From a virus (Duplodnaviria; Caudoviricetes), in IMG/VR virus record IMGVR_UViG_3300016476_000949, positions 1 through 61,994 of that record: 61,994 nucleotides of DNA. The stretch is one strand, 5' to 3'. The first letter of the stretch is position 1. Each line of letters starts with the position of its first letter. Made by a program: the position numbers and the translations under genes. This document shows, piece after piece, positions 52,625 through 61,725 of the stretch. The notes below the pieces were generated by a model. The model was not told where the DNA came from, made no database searches, and saw only the letters and a list, made by a program, of their open reading frames with translations.

Positions 52625-53019
52625 GCATTGCAATGGCGCACGACGTCGACCCGAAAGAGAAGATCCTTGCGGAGATCGGCGACATCAGCAGTGTCAAACT
52701 GCTGAACAACAACATCATGATTGCCGTTTATATCCGCCCCGAAAAAACCAAGGGTGGAATTATCATCAATGACCGCGTCCGCGACGAAGACCGATTCCAG
52801 TCTAAGATCGGAATGATCGTCGCGATGGGTCCGTCTGCCTTCAAGGAAGACGAGTCGGACCCCAAGTGGTTCAACGGCATGACGTTCAACGTCGGCGACT
52901 GGGTTTTGTTTCGACCGGCCGATGGATGGACCGTCACTGTTAATGGCGTCTCCTGCAGGATCCTCAGCGACGTGCAGATCAAGGGCGTTATTGGAAACGA
53001 CGTAGACATGGTGTGGTAA
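52621..53019 (+). CDS. GroES-like co-chaperonin
   Basis: EKTKGGII mobile loop, IVAMGP, VGDWVLF, RILSD.QI.GVI. Confidence 0.8.
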   Translation: MSIAMAHDVDPKEKILAEIGDISSVKLLNNNIMIAVYIRPEKTKGGIIINDRVRDEDRFQSKIGMIVAMGPSAFKEDESDPKWFNGMTFNVGDWVLFRPADGWTVTVNGVSCRILSDVQIKGVIGNDVDMVW

Positions 53020-53939
53020 TGGCAGAAGAAGATCATATTGACGTGCCCCTCGACGATGCTCCCGTCGTCGAGAAGACTGGCGACGACATCAAGGTCGAAG
53101 TCGCCGATGCGCCTGTCGAGAAGGCCGTCCATCCCAAAACCGAGGAGAAAAAGCCCGAGGTTTCGGCAGAGGAGGGCATCGACAAGCTGAAGAGGCGCTT
53201 CGAGATGGAGCGCAATCGCGCCGCAGAGGCCGAGCGCCGGGCGGCGGAGGCCGAAATTCACGCCCAGCGCGCCTCGCTTCAGACGCGCGACGCGCGATAT
53301 CAGCTCGTCGTCGGAGCAATCGAGACCGTAAAGGGTCGCTCGGAGGCTCTGAAGGCGGCGTATTCGAGCGCGATGGCGGCCGGGGACTTCGACAAAGCCG
53401 CAGAAGTTCAGGAAGCTCTTGCCGTAAACGCCCATCAGCTTTCCGAGCTGTCGGCCGGCGAGCGAGATCTGCGTGAGGAGCTCGAAGCGGCGGCTCGCCA
53501 GCCCGTCAAGCAGATGCCCAAAAGCGAGGAGCCGCTTGTCGAGCAGATCGCAAGGTCTGTTTCCGAGAAGTCGGCGTCTTGGCTGAGGTCCCACAAGGAC
53601 GCCCTCAACGACGAGCGCGCCGTGAAGCGCATGTTCAGGGCGCATGACGATGCAATCGACGACGGAATCCAGCCGGATACGGAGGAATATTTCGCGTTCC
53701 TCGACAGCCGCATGGGATTCCGGCGTCCTGAGCCCGTCGAGGAGGTCGAAGAGGCCCCAGCGCCTCCTAGACGCGCCTCTCCGCCGCCTCCGGCGCCAGT
53801 TTCGCGCGGTGGGCAGCGTCCAAATGTCGTTCGTCTGAGCCGTCAGGAGGCCGAAATGGCCAAAATGATGGGCATGTCTGAGACGGATTACGCGAGAAAC
53901 AAGGTTGCGCTTCAGCGCGAAGGCAAATTAGGGAATTGA
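53019..53939 (+). CDS. putative capsid scaffolding protein
   Basis: Acidic coiled coil, Pro-rich linker, VRLSRQEAEMAKMMGMSETDYARNK C-terminus. Confidence 0.65.
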   Translation: MAEEDHIDVPLDDAPVVEKTGDDIKVEVADAPVEKAVHPKTEEKKPEVSAEEGIDKLKRRFEMERNRAAEAERRAAEAEIHAQRASLQTRDARYQLVVGAIETVKGRSEALKAAYSSAMAAGDFDKAAEVQEALAVNAHQLSELSAGERDLREELEAAARQPVKQMPKSEEPLVEQIARSVSEKSASWLRSHKDALNDERAVKRMFRAHDDAIDDGIQPDTEEYFAFLDSRMGFRRPEPVEEVEEAPAPPRRASPPPPAPVSRGGQRPNVVRLSRQEAEMAKMMGMSETDYARNKVALQREGKLGN

Positions 53940-54538
53940 CGATGAGCGATACGGCAAAAATGTCGCGCGGGCTGCGCGTAAACGAAGAATTGCAGCGCCG
54001 GCTGACGGAATCGGCCGGGAAGACGCCCCCCTCGCAGGGTTCTGGCGAGACGGTGGCTCGCCCGGCGCTTCGCGAGGACGACCCGAGGGCTCGCGCCGCC
54101 GCGCGCGCCGCCGAATTGCGCGCTCACGGCGCCGCGGACGACGTCGGTTCCGACGAATTCTACATCCCGCCGGATATCGTCCCGGAAGGATGGGAGTATC
54201 AGTGGAAAACGCACTCCATCCTCAATCAGGAGCAGGGCACATATCTGATGCAGCTCGCTCGCGAGGGGTGGACGCCGGTCCCATCCAATCGCCACCCCGA
54301 GATGATGCACAAGGGCGCCGGAAACGACCCGATCATGCGAAAAGGCATGATCCTGATGGAGTGCCCGAGGGAAATCGTCGACGAGCGCCGGCGCATCCAG
54401 CAAAAGGCGGCGCGCGATCAGGTTCGCTTCAAGGAAAGCCAGATCGCCGGCACGCCGGACGGGACGATGACCAGAGACCACGCGCAGGCGAGGCCAAAGA
54501 TCAATAAATCGTTTGAACCAATGCCGATCCCGGAATAA
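53936..54538 (+). CDS. conserved head-module protein
   Basis: PEGWEYQW...REGWTPV...GMILMECP. Confidence 0.65.
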   Translation: MTMSDTAKMSRGLRVNEELQRRLTESAGKTPPSQGSGETVARPALREDDPRARAAARAAELRAHGAADDVGSDEFYIPPDIVPEGWEYQWKTHSILNQEQGTYLMQLAREGWTPVPSNRHPEMMHKGAGNDPIMRKGMILMECPREIVDERRRIQQKAARDQVRFKESQIAGTPDGTMTRDHAQARPKINKSFEPMPIPE

Positions 54539-54564
54539 GATCTGGGAAGCCTGTAGGGGGCTTG

Positions 54565-54600
54565 GGGTCGCTTGGCGTGCGGGCTGGGCGGCCCCTTTTA
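54565..54600 (+). terminator. intrinsic terminator
   Basis: GGGGTCGCTTGGC...GCTGGGCGGCCCC-TTTT. Confidence 0.6.
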
Positions 54601-54636
54601 TATTGTGTCAAGCTCTGTTATTATCTTGACCGCAAT

Positions 54637-54719
54637 GCCTCCCCCGGCGTGGAGGCTTCGACTTTTCCCGGCTTCTAAATCGCCCCGGCGCGCGATGATG
54701 AGCCTCCTGTCAAAGGGAG
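54637..54719 (+). promoter_or_regulatory. structured leader of the capsid operon
   Basis: Two hairpins with the same CCCGGCG(T/C) loop and a third hairpin over the RBS. Confidence 0.5.
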
Positions 54720-54726
54720 AACCATC

Positions 54727-55302
54727 GTGGCGAACACTAATAGCCCCTTTGGATTTCGTCAGTATCGCGGGCTCGGCTACGCGCCGACCTACGAGCAGGC
54801 GGTCATGCGGATCAAGTCCGACAACACCACTGCAATTTTCTTTGGTGACGCCGTCATCCCGCTGAACACGGGATACATCGCGCAGGCAACCGCTTCGACG
54901 GTTCAGCTCGCCGGTGTCTTCGTCGGCTGCAAATACACCTCGGTTTCGCAGAAGCGCACCGTCTGGTCGAACTATTGGCCGGGCTCTGACGCCACGGGCG
55001 ACATCGAAGCCTATGTCGTCAACGACCCGAATGCGCGCTTCGTCGTGCAGGCTGGCGGCTCCGCCATCGGCATCGCGGACATCAACGCCAACATTCAGCT
55101 GAACGTCGGCACGGGTAACACCGCGACCGGCATCTCTGGCATGTATGTCGAGAGCCCGAACACCACCGACACGCTGCCCTTCCGCATTGTCGGCCTCGTC
55201 ACCGATCCGCCCGGAGCTAACGGAACGGATTACGCCTCCGCTTACAACCACGTCATCGTGGCGTTTAACAACGTCTCGGGTCGTCAGTTGACCGGCGTCT
55301 AA
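54727..55302 (+). CDS. capsid decoration/minor capsid protein
   Basis: MANTNSPFGFR, AIFFGD, GVFVGCKY, AYVVNDP; immediately upstream of the MCP. Confidence 0.7.
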   Translation: MANTNSPFGFRQYRGLGYAPTYEQAVMRIKSDNTTAIFFGDAVIPLNTGYIAQATASTVQLAGVFVGCKYTSVSQKRTVWSNYWPGSDATGDIEAYVVNDPNARFVVQAGGSAIGIADINANIQLNVGTGNTATGISGMYVESPNTTDTLPFRIVGLVTDPPGANGTDYASAYNHVIVAFNNVSGRQLTGV

Positions 55303-55318
55303 GAAGGAGAACTGACCG

Positions 55319-56224
55319 ATGGCCGTGAACCTCAGTGCAATAAAAGACCTTCTCCTTCCCGGTCTCCGTGGGGTGGAGGGTCGTTACGACCAGATCCCGT
55401 CACAGTATGACAAGATCTTCACCAAGCACGACTCGAAGATGGCCCTTGAGCGCACCGCTGAAATGCGCTTCCTCGGCCTCGCCCAGCTGAAAACTGAAGG
55501 CGGCCAGACGGCTTTCGACAACAACGCTGGTGAGCGTTACGTCTACAATCAGGAGCATACGGAAATCGCTCTTGGCTACGCGATCACTCGCAAGGCCATC
55601 GACGACAACCTGTATAAGACCCAGTTCATGCCGTCCAACCTCGGTCTGATTGAATCGTTTCAGCAGACCAAGGAGATCTACGGCGCGAACATCCTGAACA
55701 CCGCGACGACCTACAACTCCTCCATCGGCGGCGACGGCAAGGCGCTCTGCGCTTCTGACCATCCCATCGATGGCGGCACGGTGTCGAACTACACCACTAA
55801 CGACCTGAACGAAGCCACGCTGCTGAACGCGATGATCGCGATCCGCACCAACTTCAAGGATCAGGCCGGCCTGAAGGTGTTTGCTCGCGGTCGTCGTCTC
55901 GTCGTTCCTGCGGCTCTTGAGCCGGTCGCCATTCGCCTTACCAAGACGGAACTGCGCCCCGGAACTGCCGACAACGACGTCAACGCGATTATGATGACCG
56001 CCGGCGGCCTGCCGGAAGGTTACATGGTCAACGACTTCCTGACGTCGGCCAAATACTGGTATCTGCTCACGAACATCGACGGCCTCTCTTACATGGAGCG
56101 CGTAAAGTTCGAGACCGACATGCAGGTCGACTTCGTCACGGACAACCTGCTTGTGAAGGGCTACGAGCGCTACTCGTTCGGCTACTACAACTGGCGTGCG
56201 ATCTACGGCGCCTTCCCGAGCTAA
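55319..56224 (+). CDS. major capsid protein (HK97 fold, Mu gpT-like)
   Basis: LLLPGL, KTEGG, ALGYAIT..AIDDNLY, GDGKAL...HP, LVVP..L, ERYSFG; strong codon bias and RBS. Confidence 0.9.
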   Translation: MAVNLSAIKDLLLPGLRGVEGRYDQIPSQYDKIFTKHDSKMALERTAEMRFLGLAQLKTEGGQTAFDNNAGERYVYNQEHTEIALGYAITRKAIDDNLYKTQFMPSNLGLIESFQQTKEIYGANILNTATTYNSSIGGDGKALCASDHPIDGGTVSNYTTNDLNEATLLNAMIAIRTNFKDQAGLKVFARGRRLVVPAALEPVAIRLTKTELRPGTADNDVNAIMMTAGGLPEGYMVNDFLTSAKYWYLLTNIDGLSYMERVKFETDMQVDFVTDNLLVKGYERYSFGYYNWRAIYGAFPS

Positions 56225-56232
56225 GGGTCTAA

Positions 56233-56258
56233 GAGCGGGCGGCGCAAGTCGCCCGTTC
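56233..56258 (+). terminator. GNRA hairpin after the MCP (terminator/stabiliser)
   Basis: GAGCGGGCGGC-GCAA-GTCGCCCGTTC with a weak U tract. Confidence 0.5.
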
Positions 56259-56280
56259 GTCCACTGAACAGGAGGGCCTC

Positions 56281-56760
56281 ATGGCCGCTACTCATTGGAC
56301 CGGCCCTCTTCAGGCCGGTAGTATTCTAAACACCAGCGGAACGACCATCGGCAGTGATGTCGCCAATGTCGGCTGGGTTATGATGTCTCAGTCGTCAGCT
56401 GTCGCGCAGGCGACCAACGTCTCGTCTGCTGGCGTTTACAAGACCGGCATCGTGATCCCGGCGAACAGCCAGATCGTCTCGATCAAGCTGTTCAAGACCA
56501 CGGCTTGGGATGGCGTTGCGCAGACCATTAACGTCGGCGTCGATACGACGGCGACCCAGCTTGCTGTTGCCGGCGACAACAACGCCAGCACGACGCTCGG
56601 TCTGCTCGAAATCGTTCCGGGCAACGACGCGACGCGCACGGGTAAGTGGCTCGATGTCGGAACCGCCGATGTCCAGATCTACACCAAGTCAACGAACACG
56701 GGCAGTGGCGTCGGCGTGCTTGTTGTCAATTACGTTCAGGCGCGCGACCTGACGCCGTAA
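56281..56760 (+). CDS. virion structural protein
   Basis: THWTGP, IPANSQI, beta-rich. Confidence 0.65.
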   Translation: MAATHWTGPLQAGSILNTSGTTIGSDVANVGWVMMSQSSAVAQATNVSSAGVYKTGIVIPANSQIVSIKLFKTTAWDGVAQTINVGVDTTATQLAVAGDNNASTTLGLLEIVPGNDATRTGKWLDVGTADVQIYTKSTNTGSGVGVLVVNYVQARDLTP

Positions 56761-56772
56761 CAGGAGGTTTCC

Positions 56773-56955
56773 ATGGGTGCTTACAAGGGACCGGCGTCGA
56801 CCATCAAGGACGCCGAAAAGAAGGACGAGGGCTTCAAGAAGGGCGGCAAGGCCGACAAGAAGTGCTCGGGTGGCCGGGCTGCCCGCAAGTCTGGCGGCGG
56901 AGTCTTCTCGTCGGCCAAGGCCGGCACGCCGAGGGGCAAGGCCTCTCATTACTGA
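56773..56955 (+). CDS. small basic protein with three xxxGG motifs
   Basis: FKKGG, KCSGG, RKSGG; AGGAGG RBS. Confidence 0.65.
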   Translation: MGAYKGPASTIKDAEKKDEGFKKGGKADKKCSGGRAARKSGGGVFSSAKAGTPRGKASHY

Positions 56956-56961
56956 CGAGCG

Positions 56962-56985
56962 CGGGGGCGAAAGCCCCCGTTTCTC
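56962..56985 (+). terminator. intrinsic terminator
   Basis: GGGGGC-GAAA-GCCCCC-GTTTCT. Confidence 0.6.
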
Positions 56986-57000
56986 AAACAGGAGGCATGC

Positions 57001-57270
57001 ATGGCCAAAACTCCCGCATGGCAGCGCAGCGCCGGCCAAAATAAGGAGGGCGGACTCAACGCCAAGGGGAGGGCCTCCGCCAAGCGCGAGGGCATGAACC
57101 TGAAGCCTCCCGTCTCGAAAGAGCAGGCCGCAAAAAGCGACAAGGCCGCTTCGAGACGCAAGTCTTTTTGCGCCCGGATGAGCGGGGCAAAGGCCAAGCT
57201 CACCAGCGAGAAGACCGCCAAAGACCCGAACAGCCGTATAAATCTTTCGTTAAAAAAATGGGACTGCTGA
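57001..57270 (+). CDS. small basic conserved phage protein (DUF6321-like)
   Basis: AWQR...GGLNAKGRAS...RRKSFCARM...DPNSR...KWDC. Confidence 0.7.
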   Translation: MAKTPAWQRSAGQNKEGGLNAKGRASAKREGMNLKPPVSKEQAAKSDKAASRRKSFCARMSGAKAKLTSEKTAKDPNSRINLSLKKWDC

Positions 57271-57271
57271 C

Positions 57272-58216
57272 ATGCAAGCCAAGACCGTTTCCGTTGGGCC
57301 TGTGACTGCGGCAGTCGCCAATCAGGTTGCCGCCTCCCAGACGCCCTATGCCGGCCAGATCGTCCTTAATGGCGCTGGGGGTGTTTACAGCATCAACAAT
57401 GTCGCCGCCTCGCAGGATCCAGCCGGAGCCGGAGACCTTACTCTGGCGTCCACGGCCGGCTCGTTTGGCGGCCCTCGCTACGTCTATGTGACCAGCGCCG
57501 CCGATGACAGTGCGCTTTCCTTCACTATCTACGGCTACGGCGCGAACGGCGGCCCGCTGATCGAAACGATCACCGGAGCGAACACCAAGGCGCGCGTCAC
57601 CACCAAACAGTTCATCGGCGTCACCAAAGTTTCAGTTAGCGGCAACGCCGGATCGGTTCAGGTTGGGTCTTTTTCCGCCGCCGTATTCACCGGATCAACC
57701 GCGCGTCAGGTGACGATTGTCGCGGCCGCAGACGAATCCGCGAAGACTTTTGTCATCACCGGAACCGGCGTCAATGGCGCTCCGATGACCGAGACTGTCG
57801 CCGGGACGAATGCTGGAACGTCGACGACGACATCGTATTTCAAGACCGTCTCCAGTGTGACGATTTCGGCTGACGCCGCCGGCGCCCTGACTGTCGGCAT
57901 GACCAACACCGCCACGTCGCCCTGGGTTCGCTTCGACGACTTCGCTCCGTCGAACATCTCCATCCAATGCACGGTAACCGGATCGGCTACCTATACGGTT
58001 CAGTCTACACTAGACGACCCGTTCGACCCATTCTCGCCCGTTGCTCCGGGCTCCATGTCTTGGGTCAATATCTCTGATACGAATGTCGTTGCAGCGACCA
58101 CGACGCAGCAGAGCAACTTCCTGTTCGCTCCCAAATATGCGCGCGTCATCCTCACGACGACCAGCACGGGGTTCGTCCAAATGACGACTCTCCAGAGCAG
58201 CAATGGACCGATTTAA
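57272..58216 (+). CDS. virion structural protein with internal duplication
   Basis: Two copies of V.VTSAAD.S..F.I.G...G....ETI.G.N; beta-rich. Confidence 0.65.
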   Translation: MQAKTVSVGPVTAAVANQVAASQTPYAGQIVLNGAGGVYSINNVAASQDPAGAGDLTLASTAGSFGGPRYVYVTSAADDSALSFTIYGYGANGGPLIETITGANTKARVTTKQFIGVTKVSVSGNAGSVQVGSFSAAVFTGSTARQVTIVAAADESAKTFVITGTGVNGAPMTETVAGTNAGTSTTTSYFKTVSSVTISADAAGALTVGMTNTATSPWVRFDDFAPSNISIQCTVTGSATYTVQSTLDDPFDPFSPVAPGSMSWVNISDTNVVAATTTQQSNFLFAPKYARVILTTTSTGFVQMTTLQSSNGPI

Positions 58217-58420
58217 ATGTCTGGCCTGTCAGCCAATCAGGGTCTCTGGAGCGGCGCGGACCTTCTGACGACGGGGACGGGCAACACCATCGGTCAGGGC
58301 CTGTCGTTCCACGAATTTGGCCCGGGCCCGACTCCCTCCGGCAACGCGATCATGCTGGAAGACGACGTCAGCTTCCTGCTGCTTGAGGGAAGCACCGACC
58401 ACCTTCTACAGGAAGCATAA
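58217..58420 (+). CDS. small tail-associated protein
   Basis: IMLED.SFLLLE motif typical of fibre-adjacent proteins. Confidence 0.55.
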   Translation: MSGLSANQGLWSGADLLTTGTGNTIGQGLSFHEFGPGPTPSGNAIMLEDDVSFLLLEGSTDHLLQEA

Positions 58421-58423
58421 GAC

Positions 58424-60523
58424 ATGCCGAACCTACCGATTTCTGGACTTAACGCCAGCGCCGCTAATCTAGCGTCGACCGATCTTTTGCCTGTCGTCCA
58501 GACATCCGGCGTCGGCCCTGTGAAGATGACCGGGTTGCAGCTTGCCGGTGGCCTCCTTGGCTCGACCGCTCTTACCGGCGCGACGGTCACGACCAGCAAG
58601 CCCGTCCTCGACCTGTCGCAGACGTGGAACGCTGGCGCTGTCACGTTCACGGGCCTGAAGTTCAACGCGACGGACACGGCGAGCGCGAGCGGCTCGCTGC
58701 TCATGGACTTGCAGGTTGGCGGGGTGAGTAAGTTCAGCGTCTCTAAGAGCGGAGCGACGGCCATCAGCGGCGGCACGGTCACGACGAACAGCCCCGTTCT
58801 TGACCTGTCGCAGACATGGAACAATTCTGGCGTCACGTTTCAGGGCATAAAGCTGAATGTGACGATGACGGCGCAGGCAACAGCCTCGACGCTGTTGGAG
58901 TTGCAAGTCGGCGGCTCGCGAGCGTTCGGATTTCAATATGTTACGGGCGACAACTCTACTTTGTTTCTCGGGACTTCTGGCGCATACTTAGCCGGCTCTG
59001 CCGGGTATGCGATTTTGAATTGTGCGGGCGGCAACCCTTTGCTGCTTAGATACAGCAACGCGCAAGTCGTCTCTATCAATTCTTCGTCTGATTTCCGGCT
59101 GAACAGTGGCGTTGCATTCAACTGGAACAACGACACGTTCCAGACGCGCGCCGCCGCCGCCACACTCCAACTCGGCGCTGCGGACGCGGCTGCTCCCGTC
59201 GCCCAGACCCTCCAAGTGCAGAGCGTCGTCGCTGGCACGACGAACACGGCGGGCGCGAATTTCACCATCGCTGGCAGCAAGGGCACCGGCACGGGCGCTG
59301 GCGGCTCCATCATCTTCCAAGTCGCGCCTGCGGGAACGACCGGGACGGCGCAGAATGCGCTGGCGACGGCGCTGACGATCAATGCCGATAAGAGTTTGAC
59401 GCTCGGAAGCACAGTTACAGTCCCATTCGTAACCTCTTTCAGCACTCCCGTTTTTGGAACTGCTTCCACATACCTTACAATATGGAACGGGTCGGGGAAT
59501 GGCATTTCCCTCATGTCAAATAGTGGTAGCAACGGGCTCGCTGTTAAAGGCGCATTCGTTTATTTACAGGCAGCGACGTTAGCGTGGGAGGCGGCGCCAA
59601 ACTACGGCAATTCGGCCGATTTATTTCTCGCCCGCGACGCCGCCAACACGCTCGCGCTGAGAAACGGCGCGAACGCGCAGGCGTTCAACATCTACAGCAC
59701 ATACACGGATGCGTCGAATTATGAGCGCATTCGCGTTGACTTTAGCAGCAGTAATCCGCGCATTTACACTTCCTACGCCGGGACAGGCGCAGGGCGCACA
59801 TTGACGCTAGGCGGCTCAACTGGCCTTTATCTGACCGGTCAGGCTGACAGCGCGCTCAACTGGTTTATCAACGGCTCCGGCCATTTGACTGCCGTCACCG
59901 ACAACACCTACGACATCGGCGCGAGCGGCGCGAATAGACCGCGCTATATTTATAGCGGCGGCAACATCTATTCTGGCGGTTCGGTTATCCTCGGCAATGG
60001 CGGCGTCTCCTTGTCGACCGGGCAGCGCGGTGGGCTCAACTGGGCGGCTGACGGCGTAATCACGCTTCTCAATAATTCGTTTGCGGACTTCAACCGTCTC
60101 CAGTTCGGCGGCACCACCTCCAGCTTCCCCGCCCTCAAACGCTCCCTCGCCACCCTCCAAGTCCGCCTTGCGGACGACAGCGCATACTCCAACCTCGCAG
60201 CCGCACAGCTTTACAGCCCGCCGACCGCGCTGACTTCCGGCGCGACGATTACGTGGAACGCGAACGTCAGTTCGGTCGCGTCCCTGACGCTCAATGATGT
60301 CGGCGCGACGCTCACCATGTCCAACCTCGTCGCGGGCGGCACGTATTTGCTCATCATCACGCAGGGCACGGGCGGCTCCAAGACGATCACAACGTGGACG
60401 AACTTCAAGTGGGCGGGCGGCACGGCTCCGGTGCTCTCCTCCACGGCGGGCAACATCGACGTGATTACCGCCTACAGCGACGGCACGTATCTCTACGCTT
60501 CGGCTCAGATAGGGTTCGCCTAA
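58424..60523 (+). CDS. tail fibre/spike protein
   Basis: PISGLNA...TDLLPVVQ head, VLDLSQTWN twice, DNTYDIGAS, C-terminal ITQGTGGS...KWAGG.APVLS...IDVI. Confidence 0.8.
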   Translation: MPNLPISGLNASAANLASTDLLPVVQTSGVGPVKMTGLQLAGGLLGSTALTGATVTTSKPVLDLSQTWNAGAVTFTGLKFNATDTASASGSLLMDLQVGGVSKFSVSKSGATAISGGTVTTNSPVLDLSQTWNNSGVTFQGIKLNVTMTAQATASTLLELQVGGSRAFGFQYVTGDNSTLFLGTSGAYLAGSAGYAILNCAGGNPLLLRYSNAQVVSINSSSDFRLNSGVAFNWNNDTFQTRAAAATLQLGAADAAAPVAQTLQVQSVVAGTTNTAGANFTIAGSKGTGTGAGGSIIFQVAPAGTTGTAQNALATALTINADKSLTLGSTVTVPFVTSFSTPVFGTASTYLTIWNGSGNGISLMSNSGSNGLAVKGAFVYLQAATLAWEAAPNYGNSADLFLARDAANTLALRNGANAQAFNIYSTYTDASNYERIRVDFSSSNPRIYTSYAGTGAGRTLTLGGSTGLYLTGQADSALNWFINGSGHLTAVTDNTYDIGASGANRPRYIYSGGNIYSGGSVILGNGGVSLSTGQRGGLNWAADGVITLLNNSFADFNRLQFGGTTSSFPALKRSLATLQVRLADDSAYSNLAAAQLYSPPTALTSGATITWNANVSSVASLTLNDVGATLTMSNLVAGGTYLLIITQGTGGSKTITTWTNFKWAGGTAPVLSSTAGNIDVITAYSDGTYLYASAQIGFA

Positions 60524-61416
60524 TGCCGCATCCCCTCGCGCTTTATCAGGAAGGTCCGGTCGTTAACTGGAACTTCCTTCAATCCCAGTCCCTGACGAGC
60601 TTCTCGCGCACCAGCAACGCGACGATGTTCGATAGCACGGGGAAGCTGACGTATGCGGCGAATAATTTGCTGACGAACAGCAATAACTTCACCAATACGC
60701 TTGGCACGTCACTGGTCAATATCACGCCGACAACTGGCGTTTCCGACCCCTTCGGCGGCACAAACGCTACGACATTGACCGCTACGGCAAATAATGCCGA
60801 GATTTACCAAGCCCCCGTCGCTGTATCTGGGACGCCCAATGCGATTGTATCCGTCTACATCAGAAGAAGGACGGGAACCGGAAATATAACCCTCAAAAAC
60901 CCTAACGACAGCGGCGGCACCGTATTGCCTGTCACAAGCGCGTGGCAGCAATTCTATCTGTCTGGTCCGATGAACGCATCGGGCAATTATTTTGACTTGT
61001 TCATTGCGACAAACGGCGATGCAATCGACGTTTATGCGAAGACTTATTCCGTTGTCACCTACGAAACCACGCCGCGCTCGCAAGACCAAGTCATCACCAC
61101 CTCCACGGCCTACTACGGCCCGCGCTATCCCTACGCCTACAACGGCTCGACGTGGGACGCGCAGGGGTTGCTGGTGGAGGCGGCTGGGACGAACGTCATA
61201 CCAAACAGCGGCACGTTTTCTGGATGGACTACGGCGAACGCAGGTCCCTCGCCGTCGAGGGGCATCGCATGGTGCCGACCGGACAGACCGTCACCGACCC
61301 GTTCGGGAACGAGGTGCCGGAGATGGCTCCGTCGCCTGAGTTCTATCTGCATGGCCGCTGGTGGCCAAAGGACGAAACCACGCCGCCGCCTGCTCTGCCG
61401 GATTATCTCGGCGTGA
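60523..61416 (+). pseudogene. fibre/spike-like gene, apparently truncated near 61240
   Basis: FSRTSNAT.FD..G, NLLTNS, GLLVEAAGTN motifs, then an abrupt Arg/Pro-rich out-of-frame-looking tail. Confidence 0.55.
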
Positions 61417-61457
61417 CCGTTCAGCCGGATGACGGGCTGCATATGAGGTTTGCGTAA
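61245..61457 (+). pseudogene. 3' remnant of a fibre-associated gene in another frame
   Basis: VPTGQTVTDPFGNEVPEMAP...HMRFA has normal codon usage but no convincing upstream start. Confidence 0.45.
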
Positions 61458-61463
61458 CGGAAC

Positions 61464-61527
61464 ACGCGCAGGAGCACGTCCGGTCAGCCTGCGCGTTCTC
61501 CAACTGACCGGACACTGCTTTGGAGAA
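61464..61527 (+). promoter_or_regulatory. predicted chained pseudoknot/switch over an RBS
   Basis: Three complementary pairs in the order A-B-A'-C-B'-C', where C' is the SD. Confidence 0.6.
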
Positions 61528-61533
61528 GCAAAA

Positions 61534-61725
61534 ATGATCAATCTCAAACTCGATAGCCAGCAGAAGATTTCCGGTCTTGGCGAACTTCTCATGGTCGCCG
61601 CCAAGGCGCCTTCTGTGAGCGACGAGGGGATGAAGATGGCTCTTCAGCTCCTCGATGATCTGAAAGCCGCCGTCGCTGACGCCAACAAGCCGGTGCCGGT
61701 CGAAACGAAGGAAGGGCATGCCTGA
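61534..61725 (+). CDS. small hypothetical protein
   Basis: GGAGA RBS, 63 aa, coupled to the next gene. Confidence 0.6.
   Translation: MINLKLDSQQKISGLGELLMVAAKAPSVSDEGMKMALQLLDDLKAAVADANKPVPVETKEGHA

Noticed and set aside
52621-53019. GroES without GroEL as a novelty
   Set aside because: Stand-alone co-chaperonins that assist capsid folding with host GroEL are well known in phages
60523-61457. Diversity-generating retroelement or invertible tail-fibre switch
   Set aside because: No reverse transcriptase, invertase, template/variable repeat pair or flanking inverted repeats were seen
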